Source: Balanoglossus misakiensis
Lineage: Eukaryota > Animalia > Hemichordata
Assembly (NCBI GenBank): GCA_040954595.2
Contig: CM082578.2
Span: forward strand, 15,608,998 to 15,672,997
DNA length: 64,000 nucleotides
Direction of reading: 5' to 3'
Below, in pieces: positions 26,201-41,200 of the stretch. The position numbers were made by a program, and so were the translations under genes. Numbering within the stretch: position 1 is the stretch's first letter; each line of letters begins with the position of its first letter. The notes beneath the pieces were generated by a model. That model made no database searches, was not told the DNA's origin, and was given only the letters and a program-made list of their open reading frames with translations.

Positions 26201-29200
26201 GTCGTATTGATCTGCTCAATATGACAAACTTTCGGTGAGTGTGGATTTAACGGCACTTCACATTTCTCTCAGACTGGATGTCTACAGTTACTGCACCCGT
26301 AAATTATCAACAGCATAAAAGATCAGAAATGGATTATTATTAAGACAGCCTGGAAAGACTGAAACATGAGCCACACATCTTTTTTTATAATACATGAGTA
26401 TGAGTTTGTGCATATTGAATATCTTTATAATCACACTCATATCTGACTCTGTCTGCTTTCCCCTCACTTATTTGTATACTGTGCCTTGGGGAGAGATTTT
26501 CAGAAAAATGACAGTCCTCTCTTTGTGATATTAGAGTGTGTGAAGAGCCTCTTTGAAAAAATAAAATAAAACTGAGTCTTCACCATCTTTTTTCATAAAA
26601 ATCACCAAGGAGCCCAATCTATCTCTCCCCTCCCAACCCCTAAAACTTCATCCTTGGGGACTAAAAACTGTAAGAATCGAATTAAAATGTGAGGACTGAT
26701 GGTCTGTGATGATGATTGATGTGTTTTCATCTGAGAAGCTTTTATTACATGAAAATTTACATTTTCTTCTGAAGTCTGGCCGTTCTAAAAATCAATGGAA
26801 AAATTTTCAAGCGATGCATTCTAATCAAAACAATAAACTGCATGTGGAAACCAGCTAAAGGAGATTAGAAGAAAGCAGAGCCAAAACAGATTTAATGGCC
26901 AAATACTTGGCAACTTTATCTTTTCTGATTAAGATTCATAGGCAAGAAATGCAGAGATGCGTCATTCCATGGTCTCATGGATGATGAAAGATGCCTGTAC
27001 TGATATCTATCTGTATTTGAAATCCTTCTTGCATCTTCTCCGCGCAAGGAAACTGCAGAATGATCTTGTCATACAACACCAAGACGGCATGTCTATTTGT
27101 TTAATACATTTTCTTATGGACTAGAACATTACCATGGAAACAGGTTCACTGGAAAGCATAAAGTCTAACATATCAGTTACATATTTTGTTAATCACTGTT
27201 TCAATACAAAATAATCCAGAGGATTATAATCACATAGTCAAATATCTTCTTCTGCAGCTATGGCTGTCTGAGACTCACAATTCCCTGAAGTTTCCTTCAA
27301 TACACAGTCTTTCTTCTCTGGCAAAAAAGGGGATTGACAAGTTCTGCACAGAAACTCTCTAATCAAAACTTTCCCCTTTGACATTTCAAGAAGCTATCAT
27401 CATTATCATCATCGTCATTGTCAGTCAATTTCACGTTCACAGTTCCTCAATTTCACCTCAACCTGCCAAATTTACACTTATTGCGGAAATAATCGTCGAT
27501 CAGTCGTTTCCTCTAAAGCACTTAAGTCCCTCACAAGTGAACAGTAACACCTGAAACAATTTCTGCAGAGGTTGTGACAAATCTCACACAATTTTTTCAA
27601 AAGATCATATCTAACATCACAATACTAAGAACATGTATCACATACAAACAGTATCAAATTTTTGTAATCTGCTAAAAATAACAACGGACTAAATTTGCTT
27701 CTAAGTGCGACAATTGAGCTGAGTAAATCTCATTGGGTGAACTACACTTAGCCGGTGGATAGCCGGAAATTAAGTCATAGGCTGGTTATCACTGCCGAAT
27801 TAGGGAGTTCCATCAGAGCTTGATCTCCCAACAGATTCACACTGCTTGTCAATGGGAAATTTTCCATCTAATTTGCCAAGTGGACTTGCCAGTGATCAGA
27901 TACCTGGAAAACTCATCAAATTCTTATCTGATACTCTCTCCATTCCACGGCAAATTCCTTCATTCACACTTGGTAGGTGATGTGTGACACGACATATAAA
28001 TGAGCCCATTTAACCTGGAGTGTACTTTGTATGAGTTTGTTCTCTTTTGCTTTGCCTGCTGTTGTTGGTTTTTATCTGGATATCACAAGAACATTCTGTT
28101 TCAGCCGACAACAAAATAATTCATGGCAATAGAGTGATACTTTGATTCAAATGTGACAAAATACTATACCCACTCTGCCAGATTTATGAAAATCTGTCAA
28201 ATAACGCTTTATCAATAATGGTTTATGGTGTTCACATAATTTTTACTCTTCAATATGGAGACATATGCCAGCATTACTTCAGATGTTGATCAAATATTAC
28301 TGAGTCCTGGAGGTGCTATTAAAATGATTCCCTGTATCATTTTCTGAAGGAAATGAAAATTTCAGGTGTTTTGTTTAGAAAGAAGGAGGCGGTGGTTTGA
28401 ATTTACCTGATGGCAACTTTCAATGCTATTTTTAAATTGATCGAAGCAACCAGTCAGGAGTCAAAGCTCAACACATTAAATAGTGTACAGTATGTGACCA
28501 CAGGGATACTGACCATTTTTCTTCATAGAATTTGTCAAAGTTGTCAATTAATTTATCTCAGTTGCAGCTGCATGATCAGTCAACAGTCTACAATCAACCC
28601 TGGCTTTTTTACTGCGTACAGAGAAATGCTGCCCTGCATGTACATGTACATTTGTACCCCTCATTAACATTGACCACACATTCTGAAACTAAAACTGCCT
28701 TCAAACTATGTTGACACATCGGAAACACCTATACCACTGAACACATGCATGTGAAATGATCATGTTTAACACCAGTCACTTTATACCAGTAAAACATTTT
28801 TTTCCTCTTTGCTTTGTCTTTCATTCTGTAGAAGTGCAAATAATTTTTCCGTCCAAACTTGCTTGACTAAAAGGATCTGCACATTAAAAGGCAAATATTG
28901 ATTTATGGAACTAGTCTGGCAAATTCTGGGGATTCTGAAAATGCCAAAAACGGAGGAATACTGACATGTAATTGCAGAAAGAGCAACAGACACTATATTT
29001 CATCAAATCCATTGGAAATATTTTGTTATTATTTTTCTTTGTTAGCAGATGATCTACTTCAGTTTTAATGGAAAAAGGCCATGTGTCTTTTTTTTGGTGA
29101 AGTTTTGGAGCATTATACAGCAATTTATTTATGTGAATGTGAAGAAAAACAACATCTGAGTTGCTTTGAATGATAAAACTTGAGTCAGGTTGGCCTTTGT

Positions 29201-32200
29201 TTTGCATGATAAAAAAATTCCTTGGATTCCAGATTTAGTTGGCAAAGGTCAAGCTTTTATATAGCGATGACAGTACTGATGGTAGGATTACCCATAATGC
29301 ACTGTGACAAGTAGTATTGAGGCAGAGAGATTTTCCAAAACATCCATGACATCATTACATTCAATAAAAGTAATCCTTTGAAAGCTTTATAAGATGGTCA
29401 CAATGCCAAATGTAGATTAGATCTGATAATCACATTACAAAGGACATTCTGCCATTAAAGGGGAGGGGAAGACATAAAAAAAGTCTGATCAAAACCCTGA
29501 ATTTGAATTACTTTACATCTGTCTAATGTAATAAATATCAACTAGTTGACCCTTTTTACATTACAGTTACAATGCTACCAAATATGCATACTTATAACTG
29601 CCTTAAGGCTCCATGATCTGCCACTTTAAGCATTATTTTATGATAAAATAATTCAATCTTCTTTTTATCCTTAACCGATGGACAACCATTTTGAATCTGT
29701 GAGCATTCTAATAGGCGTGCATGTGTGCATACCATGACAGTTGTGTACTCTTGCAAAGGGAGGCTGGACAAAATGGGGGCTGCACTCACATCTTATTTAA
29801 ATTATTCACAGTGAAATGCACATCCACAATCCGAGGTTTATAATATTGCAGGAAGCTTATACTCCCAATATAAGTTCGAAAGTAAAGTCATGAAATAATT
29901 CAACTTAAAAAGTGGCAGCTTATTTGGCTTTAACTGTGATCATTATTCTACTTTCGAACATTGGACTTTCAGACTCAAAAATTCATCATTTTGTCAGATG
30001 CCCATTATAGGATTATTACCAAAGTCGGTTAGATTGAGATAACGGTCTCAATACTATGACAACCTGCAAAAACAGATTGGATTTTTTTCATGATCTGATG
30101 AAGTCATGCTTCACACAATTCTCCTCGTCTTTGCCGGCAAACTATAGAAATTTGTTTATACAAGGTTTTCTGGCTTTATGAAAATAAGCTTTAACTTGGT
30201 GTCAGTTGCCATGCAACCATTTGCATCACATTACTCATATTAAACTTTTGGTTATAAATATTTTATATGTACACATGTATCTTAATTTTTTCAAGATATG
30301 CCATCGGTACAACAAAATCCTGACTGAAAAGATCTGGAATGATATTACTCTTAATCCAGACTGATCCTTCAATCACACTTGCATATCAGATTCCCTGCTG
30401 TAAAAATCTTCCATTTTTCTGAAGGTGCGATATGAATGATTCCCCACTCTGAGGTGCATTACTTTTGTGACGTATGAGATGAGACCGTGTGATATTGAAT
30501 GTACTGCAGGGCAGTAAAAATGAACGAGTCACCTCACTATCTGTTGACTGCATGTCTCCAGCTCTCTGCAGGCCATAACCTGATATCCTGCAAACTGTGT
30601 TAAAAACCTTCAATATCCCCCAAGTCATAAAAGACACACGCACACAGCAGGAACACTACCGGCACATGCCATTTCAATAGGGCAAAGGGTTATAAATTTA
30701 CCTGTAATACACGATTCATACCTTTGATGGTGGATTTTTACGGTACTTATTGAGACCTGCACATACTGTAATAAGCTCCATTACGGGTTGTGCTGATAAC
30801 AAAGTCGGCTGAGTTTTGAAATTACTTTTTTTGGGCTGCATAAACACTGACTGTTATTATTATTGATGTTCGGGTCTGTTGGCTAATTGTGCTGTTGTTA
30901 CGTTTTATTAGATGCTGACATGTTCGGGACATGTTTTCCTGCAATATCATTCGTGATAGCAACAAGAACCAGTGCTTGTAACAGGTCTTGCTGCCGTGAA
31001 ACATGTAAATCGATGCAGACGCCAAAAAATCAAGGCACTTTATCACAATACGCAACATGCTTTGATTTTTATGTCGGTGCCACAGTAGTGAGAAACTTTT
31101 TCTTTTTGTGAGATGTCTGTGCATAATATTCAGGAAAAATATGATTCCATAACTACATGTATACACCATGCAGATGATATGCCCCTGAAATTTGCTTCAG
31201 ACTCTTTTCGGGGTTGTTAATTTTGGGGGCGCATGCGAGTGGCGGGAATCACTTCCTGAAAACAGTAAGTGAAGGACACAGCAGATGTCGACCAAATGAC
31301 CTGTATGATCGGACAATGACATTTTTACCGGTATACAGTCACTCTTTGGTGTCATCATACTATTTTTTTTGTGAAAGCTCATCGAGGTCCTTGCCACTGA
31401 ATGACAGCTGTCACCAGTTGTCACATGACGGGAAAGTACATGTATCCTACATGTAAATCATGTGACAGGCTGTAATGTAACAGATGGTGATCCAGCTGAC
31501 ACTCGCCTTCCAACAGAGCTGCTGTCCATGATCCAGTTTATTGCGGTTTAAGGGAAAATATTGACAAAAAATACATCTATCAATATCATGCAACATACTA
31601 ATAACTAAAGCACGTACAGCATTTCGTGACTATTAATTGCAGATTGGCCCTTCACATATCTCATCCAGATTCTTTCTGCCTTTTTATTCTCATTTTTAGT
31701 TTTTTGGGTGCATCAGATTTGTTCTGTACTATTTGGCCTGCACACATTTCACCGTATAAACTCTTGATTGGAACTTGGTCCCACACACCTTCTGTCCATT
31801 CTGTGACCCTTCAACTCCACTTGTGTCTCTCGAGTCTAGAAATGTATTTGTAGCAGAATTATAAACAAAAAAGTAAACATTATGTACTTCAGCTATTAAA
31901 CCAGGGATTCTTATGCCTTTCTGCAAATAATACCTGGGATTCCCTTTATAATACTCCTGCATGATGATTGTCTTGCTAATGGTGAATTAGTGATTCCATG
32001 GCAACGCAAGCAACTGTCATTATGAATGTATAGATCCATCAGTGATTGCTTTTAAATATTAGGCCGATTTTTTTAATAATCTCCACACAGGTCATTCTGA
32101 ATGCACACTTTCATAAACAACATCTTGAATTTGCATTTCTAATCAAAATATTATTGTACACTCAAACTTAGCTCTAATAGTGGATGGTAAAATAAAACAC

Positions 32201-35200
32201 CTGACCATTGACTTTCTGAAACACGGGCCGGCACAGGAAAAAAATTATGCTTGCAAAACACCTGGCAAGAAGGCAACAGAAACACTTGCACTGTTGCAGA
32301 GATGAAGTAAGAATATCACTCAATAAAAGATGGTGGATTGATGACATTAGGGTTCCACTAGTTTGGCTTCTATTGCAAGTTTGTCAGTTGGGACAAGACC
32401 TCCACAAGTACTACAATTCTCACAGTACTATCAATAAATTGATGAATGAATAGAACAATCAATCAAGCTGTTCAGCAACTGTGAATTTGAGATCGCCAAG
32501 CCAGACGGCAGAGATCAGGGTGTAATTAAAGACTTCTACCCCCAAGGTGACAGCTCCTCAAATGTTCGTACCCATGTGCGCTGACATTTAGCACAATTTC
32601 ATTTGATGGTTGACTGGCATTGACTTTCAGTCTCGCCACTAGAAACAGTCACATGTCTTTTCTGAATACCTGGCTGATCCCTCGTGGCAAGTGAATCTGA
32701 GATGTTAACACTGCACGCACACATGCGTATAATGCTCTCTTGATTTCCTCGTCTCCATACACGGATGTAATTAAGTCAACTAATCAAAAATTATCAACAA
32801 CAGGGAAATATTTCTATATTTCACCGTAAACAAAACAATAGCAGGCATAACGGAGCTGATGTTAAAGTCTTCAACATTCGGCAATTGTTCTTTTATCTCT
32901 TGTTTAAAAAAAATGCCTTTCTCATACTCGAAACGTCACATTGTATAATTGATGGATACTGAACGTATGTGTATCAAATAAACTTTACATGAACTGAGTA
33001 TTCAGAGAACGTAAAAGAATGCATGGATGGAGAGAGACAGAGTTCAATTTGAACTGAATAAATGCCACGTAAAATAGTCTGGCAAACAGAGGGTACAACC
33101 TGTAACAACAAGCGGTGAGCCGTTCCGAGAAAATTTAATATGCAATGGCATAGCCTTGGAGTTTTCAAATGTCCTTTCATACAAGCCTGTAATAGCCTTT
33201 CTCATATTTCGTGTAGACTTTCTTGCAGCAAATAGCTTATATTCACCTCCAGGCATTGGTAGATGTCTTGCATATCTCTAAATGCACATTTTTTCACTTG
33301 GATCATCACCGACAATACCCTGTCACTGGCGGTATCAAAAGAAAGAATGCTACACTTTTCAAATCACGGCAACAAAAAAGATATCCATGGGGAGCGTTCT
33401 GCGAAATTACTTTGGCTCAGGTGTTTGCAAAACAGAAATTAATGAAGTCTACAGACTGCCTACTTGGATTCCTCTGACACCATTTCATCGAAGCCATCTA
33501 CTACAACTGAAATAGTCTTGTGATTTTCTCCTTGACTGATTCAAGTGAATGAAAAAGAAGGCAAAATTGCAACGGCCACAACGAAGACAGCTCGCTCATT
33601 TTTTCCTTGTGATATAAGAACCACCTTTCAGATATCTGGACAAGTACTTGAAGTTACTGTTAACTTGAGTATTAAATTGAACAGAGTAGATGTTTTAACA
33701 TGTGGTTCAGTGGGTAGTGTGTTCACTGTAGTTTTGCATACACTGTGGTTGCCCAAATATCTTGTACTGTTTGAAGCAGACTAATTTCTCTTTGGAAAAG
33801 CTGTATTGAACTGAACTTAATTGTTTTGTAAAATGGTATATCAAACCAGGATTATAAACATTTAGCGCAATCATACCACCTACTTCCTTTTAATTTTCTG
33901 TCAAAAATTCATGACTTTTCAAAAACTGAAGCCTCTCCCACCTACACATACACAAATGACTGCACAGATCTTGCATCAAATCTTTCTTTTCACATCATAA
34001 CAGGCACAAAACAATGAAGTCTATAAAACATACGGCCCACGCTACAATTTTCCAAATTATACATGTTTATGCCCCTGGGCTCTAATGAGGACAAATAAGT
34101 TACATGGAGGCAGCAAGTAAACTTCATGGGGGTACATAAACATTTCCAAAATTAAGTCATATGGCTTTTAGAGAAGAAAATGGGAATTTTTACAGAGGCA
34201 TTCAATCACTAGGATTGTTACTCTACACATCCATCAAAAACCTCAGGGGGAAATCATAACTGATATATTTTTCAGTCGGCTGTGAAATAACTTTCCATTA
34301 CAGACACCAGTGTCACACAGTAACCTTCAAGCTTTTTTTGATAATTATATATCAAATATAAACATTTTGCAGGTGTTTGTCACGTGTTCGTTAAACAAGA
34401 ATTATGAAATGTGAACAGATGTAGATGGCTCTATTTTTAGTTAAAATTCACCAAATCCTGGTGAACACTTAAAGTCTCAATGCCATCAAAAACTGATACT
34501 TTTTTGACAGAAAGGCCATTGCTGGTAATATGTTCATCAGATTTGACAACACTAAATGTGTCCAATCTGAGAAACATGAAATGCTCGGTACACCCACCAA
34601 TAAAATATTCCAACCAAAAAGACCCCAGATTACAACATCACTATAGGAGTATAAAAGCATCATTTTCCAGGTCAAAGCTGTAAATTCTGATAACACCTGT
34701 CACACAAAGTGCCATACTGATGAAACATCTGCCAGTTCTTTAGGATATTTCAGATGACGAGATAAACTCCATCCTCTATTTATCTTTATTAATAGCGTAG
34801 CATGTGTTTTTGCGACAGAGTAAAGAAATGGAATATATTGCAGAATGTTATTATGCCTGTTTACTACCCGTTCCACAGAGAAACATTGTAAAATGTTATA
34901 TGACTAAGAAAGAGACGCATTCCCTATATTGTCGTTTAAAGTGCAATACACCAAGGTTATTTATCATCTCATATCCATGATTGAAGAGTCCAAAGCTTGA
35001 CCTTTACTTACAAAATCCTTTCCCCTGTGGCCAGAGTCTCATAAAATGAGCGACATGGGGACATTTATCTGACATTTCACAATTTTTATTAACCTTGTCA
35101 GCTTCACGGTTACTTTAAAATAAATCCAGTCCTTTATTTTCTTTTACACTCACAGTTGAACAATTCAAACATCAGTCAGAAATACAGTCTTTGAAATATA

Positions 35201-38200
35201 TATATACCATACTTATGCTTGCATTCATAAACCAATATGCTACACACACAGTCCTACAACTGCACGTTTTATAATCCCTATAGCCTGTAGCATCTCATGA
35301 CATAAAGATTTCACTATAAAGCCTATAATACATCTGATTAAACTATTAATTGACAGTAGATATATTTGTCATTTGTTCAATCATCACACACAAGAAGTAC
35401 AGTCACAACTGAACTTATTTAGGTTAGGCAGGCGGCCATTTTGAATTTCAAATTTGAGACAATTTTTACTCTCTCGTTCAAAAGTTTGTATGGTGACCCA
35501 CAATCTTTATTCTCAATTTTAAGAGAAAATAAACTAAATTTGCTTTGAGTAAAATATGAGATAAAGATTTTGAGTTTTAAGGCACAAGCTACCTTGCTTA
35601 ATTTGGTTTTTCTGTTGGTGATTGCCAACTTGCCAACTGTATAGTCAGCATAAACGTATGAACATTCAGTACTCAGTCAATGACAGTTAAACATGTGTGA
35701 AAGAAAACAGCTGAAGTCAGCACCTCATGCTTAACTGTGGTCAAACCACTTAAAAATTTCCAGTTTAATACTTGAAAATCAAGATGTTTTCAAACAGACT
35801 TCAGTGCACCGGCAAGCACTTACATCTGAGTTCTTATTCATAGGAAATGTTCATATGTGCGTCATCATAGCAAAGTGAACATAGTGTGGATGTACAAATC
35901 AATGGCTCACTTAATCTGTATTACATCTTTCATGAACTGCGAGTAAAACTACTGAGTGTTGATTTCCTGTGCTCGCGGTAAATTCAATATTGAAAACTGG
36001 GTTTTCTTTCATCTCTGAGCAATTGTGACACAGTCCAGCTTGATTGGAAATGTGTGCCTTGACTGAATGGTGAGGGATAATGATCGTGGCAACCTGACGT
36101 TCAAATATCCCTGCACAACAAATCAAATCACATTGAAGCATGCATGAACACACCTGAATTTGAACACAATGTTTGATTTCAACACATTAACACTAACATG
36201 TTCATCAATGCAAATGCTGACATTAATCTCCCATGAAAAAAAATGTACACCAGTGAGTGCATGTACATGATGCTTTTTCATGGGGTCAGACGAACTGACA
36301 GGGCCCAATCCATTTCACCCCGTAGACTTTGACCAACAGCTGACTTCTGGCAAATATATCAACCAGATTTAAGAATAACTACAAGAACATTGCAAACTTT
36401 TAACGTTTTAATAGTTCAGTGTAAAATCACCTGACTTTCCATCCACTGACATGATTGGAGACACATGAAATCTATGAAGCCATTATCAAGGCTTTCAAAA
36501 ATTCACACCAATTGCCATATAATATCTCCAGCATACAGCCATCACTGATTTGGCAGACCATGCCTGCTGTGATGACACATGGGGACAGTCCATGCTGAGG
36601 CTGTGCCTGGTAAAATACCGTATATAAAAAATAGGCACAGCCTAGGTGACAATGTGTAATACGTCGTGTAAATACACACAAGAGAACATGCTGACTGCAC
36701 TCCACATATTGACAGTCCACGGCTAACAAATACAAGGAAATGAAATTTCAACATGGGAAGTGGAAAACAAACTGACAAGGAAAGTACTGCAGATTAGTTC
36801 CAGCTGAGAAGAAAAGCATCGTCTTGTCTCTTTCAATTAGACAAGCTTCAGATGCCGGCGATTGACTGAGTGCATTAGTAGATGTGGAGTATCATTTCCA
36901 CCCTTGTCATCAGCCTTCCTATATCACCATCTACCTTGTAATTACTCTACATTAGCCAGCATATTACATTAAAATTATATTCTAAGATAAAATCAGTCTA
37001 TCAAAACCATACTGCTATACTAATAATGACCTGACATCAACCTTATAGTTATTTTTTAAATTAAAATAATTACATTTTGTCTCTGTTTAAAATTGATTTG
37101 ATGATCAATCAGACAGCTCCTGTATTTCATTACTACAATGTACGTCATTTGAGGAGTTCACAAATTTCCGCTCAAGGAAATCTGACAATGGAGATTATGA
37201 GTTTTCTAGGCGCCTGTGGAGGAAGATGTCTGCCTGTCTGTTCAATACATCTTCACTTTCTGAAATCAAAGTGATGTCGTCATTTTAATCCTTTTCCAGG
37301 AAGGTGAATGAGACACGGCAGCAGATGTCATGGATTTGGAGATCTCAACAGTCATTGAGTTTCACTGTTGGCACGATGGAAATTATTTATAAACTGACAA
37401 AGATCTATGAGGTTGCCCGCTTCAACGTGTTTTTAATTGTAGCACACATACGACAAATAAATGAAATAATTTGAATGAATTACTTGTACCTGCGTCATTC
37501 AGTCTCCTAAATTGCACAGCCAACGCTGCGATCACGAATCTTATATTAAAATTGATCAATATCTGATGAACATATCAAAGTTTCATTACTGTTATTTTTT
37601 CTATCAGTAAAGATCTAGTATTTTGTTAAAAACAAAACAGAGATAGACATGATTGGAACTGTGATTGATAAGGCAACATTTTATTTTATAAATTTTGCTT
37701 TCATTTTTCCAGTCACGACAGACTGCAATTACAGTAGACTACAATCCAAATCAATCAACCTGCAACAGACTGGTTTGCTACACACTTTATTTTGCAGAGT
37801 GAAATATGTACAGTATGCCTCCCCTCCCCCCCCCCCCCCCCCCCACATACATGTACACAGCTATGAATTAATGTGTATATTTCATGTGCAGATAATTTTC
37901 AGGTAACATTTGTCAGAAGTATTTTGTATAAAAGTTTGAAAATTGTTAAAACCAAAGGCATACTCCTTGCACGTATCAATGTTTAAAGGATGCACATCAC
38001 ATGAAATGGAATTGATTTGATCAATCATGATAGCCCAGGAAATGGACCAGGTGTGCCACAATAAAGGATGCATGATCTCCATCTCCATCTCAGCTGCGAT
38101 GTGATGTGAACTGTAAAGTGATTTGTTCAAAACAGGGATAGAGATAATAGATTATCATGAGGTGTTGTGTGTGCATGTACATGTATGTGAGATACATGCC

Positions 38201-41200
38201 TTTTGGAAATAAAGATACAGTTCACTGTTAATGACAAAATAAGCAAACCATACACAATATGCACAATATAAACTTTTTGAGAGCTGAAATATTGAGTTAA
38301 ATTCAAACGCAAAGCAGGATATATTACAAGAACTGAGACAGGTGAGAAGCCTCCTCCATCTTTTTGTCTGACATCTTATGGCTAAAAATCAGAGAATGAT
38401 CCTTAAACAGGTTTAATAATAGAACAGAAGAGCTAAGTTGTTATGGCATGAAAAATAATGAAAATGCTGGCCATGAATGGCCAATTTTACAGAGAAGTTA
38501 GGTTTCTATACAAATTCGACATTTGACATTTTCATATCACAATGGAAGTACATGTTAAAATAATACTTGTATTTTTTGAAGATTTAACTCATTTATAGCA
38601 TAATTCAATAAGATCCGCTTCTTTCTACTTCAGTTGCTTTTTTTTTCCTTTTTCTGTGAAAGCTTCAAACGCCGTTAACTACTTAAAATCTTGTAAGATT
38701 GAAAGGCACTGATAGATTGAAGAGATTCCATGCATAATCTATTTATGCAATTACAGAGTAGGAAAACTAGTCTAATCTAATTGTCATATACCACATCCAA
38801 TCAAACTCAGCATTTTCTTTGAGACATTTGGTTAATTCAATGAAATCTTTTGGTGTCAATACCCTTTCCTCCTAACAACATGCCTCCCTTTTAAAGCCAA
38901 GATTTTACTTTCTGAATCACCCGCAACAAATGAAACTTTGTAAATATGCAAATAGAGTGAAACATTATCAGGTGACTAAAAGAAGAAAAGATATTTTGAT
39001 AAAAACATCAGTTTATCATTTTAAAGCACCAGTATCTCTAACTTGTGGCTTACTTTCTCTATTTTTCTCTAATGCATCAACTCAAGTCTCCTGGTCTACT
39101 CTGGATTGCTTTATGAAATGTTCAGCCCTTAGCTTCTCATCAATGCCCGTATATGAGTTATGGCCATTGTTATTGTTGACCAATGAATTCAAGTCCGGAC
39201 TTGAGAAAGGCATACTAGCTTGATGTGTGATCATGAAAAACACTTGTGATTTTAATTAAAAACAACAGGATCATGTTCAGAAACATTAGCTCTCCATATC
39301 GCATTAGCTTTTTTCTCTGAAACACAGTCTAGTGGATAATCTCACTCCTGTAAGTGTAACAATCAAAGCTGCAATATTCCTGGCTGGACATTTACAAAGT
39401 GTTTTTTTAAAACTTTGTGAATAGAGTCTCAGGTTTTGAAGCTACCCACGGCTGCAATTAATTTGGATTTCTCTGAGACATTCACCTGAGACGTGACAGG
39501 CTATTTCCCCTGGTAAAACGACTAGCAAAAGATTTCTGTACATACAATCTCTCACAATATTTCCCTTTGATACAGCCGAACAACTATTGAATCAATAACC
39601 ACTTCTTGTTCATGATAAGATTCCCAAAGTGACACAACACATTACTTTTCATTTCAGTCCAACTGTCATAATGCTACACTCAGTGACATAATTTTTGTGA
39701 TTCTGATGTTGTATCACAGAGTAAAATGAATTTGATCATTTTTATCAGAAATATGCCATCTGAATTACCTGTAACTTTATGGTGCGTCCACTTTACTACA
39801 ATTATCATTGAGTTTAATAATTTGATAATTTGTCAAGCCTGGCTGGATATTGCATTTAACATTGATACATGCATAGATAATCATTTTTCAATTATTTGTA
39901 CAGCACGATTTTAACACCAAAGTGTACGTTGATGAATGGATCAAGTCATCTTTCTAGTTTATTGCGATGTTAACAGCGTTAGGGAATTATCGAAGGAGAA
40001 AATTGGTATTTTTTAAATATCAGATGAATGAATATGAGCAGTAAAGTGACAATCAATCAGATTTGTGTTTTCGAGAGTTTTTTTTACAATCTACATGTAC
40101 CATACTTCTTTACACAAGACAGCCAATGCAGAAAACAGGTTTGCATGGATCCCTACAGAGTTTCCTTGCAAAACAATTTGAATGTGTGCTATTTTTTAGT
40201 AAAAACTAAAGAATTTTCAGTGATTTGTCATGTTTGTTGAGAGTGCCTGTAACTTGGACATTTACACACAAGGTACAGCTCAGATGTGGGTCTTAAAATC
40301 TGAAAATGGTTATCGAAGTTTTCATTTAGCATTGCATGGTAAATCTGCAGGGACTTGTAATTTGAAGTACACATCTCTTTCTTGTAGTGACTATTGACCA
40401 GCGTATATGAATCAACAGTTTCTGCACCATTCTCTTCCCAGTGGGATTTTTTGGTATTCTACACACACACGCAGCATATTCTTTTAGTTCAGAAGTTTCA
40501 TGTAAGGAAATTACTCTGTTTATTCTGTGATTTTTCAGTAGTTTGGCAAGCTCTCAGACAAGCCTGAGGCTTCAGATCCAGGCTCTTTTAACCTTTGCCT
40601 GAGACTCGCCATTGGTGTGATAGTTAGAGCTGCCATGTACTCTACTAATGCATTATGGGATATCAGAACTGAATATCTCTTTCAAATGTGCCACGTCGTC
40701 TGTATTCTTTGACTTGTATACTGACTGACTGAATAAATAAACAAAACGCAGCGAAAATTGTATTGCAAGATATTTTGACAGCAAGTCTGGAGGTGCCTTC
40801 TAGTAAGGTTCAATAATGTCAAGCTTGCAAGCAATGCCTAGATTAACTTCTAAGAATTAAATGCAGTGTTGGAGATAAGTATGCAATTTTGTACGTGGGT
40901 GTCACTTCTCCATTAGACTAAATCTTGGCAGCTGACAATCTGGATAACCTTGCAACTCGATAAAGAATCTCACAGAAGCTTATGGCTATACTATATTTAC
41001 ATGTAATGTACTTACATCCAATACTCGCGAAATAAGAACGTCATTAAAAACATTTCTCTGTCAGTTCCTTGTGCTCTACGGCACATTTCTTAGAAATTCT
41101 TGTAAAGAAATAATCTACTCTTATGAGATAATTATAAGAGTAAATGACCTCCTGAATTAAGAAAGTATTAAATTTACTTAAAACTTTTCTGATAGATCAG

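Noticed and set aside
35418-35582. Possible degenerate DNA transposon end (GGCGGCCATTTTGAATTTCAAA...)
   Set aside because: It looks repeat-like, but no matching TIR or target-site duplication could be established within the window.
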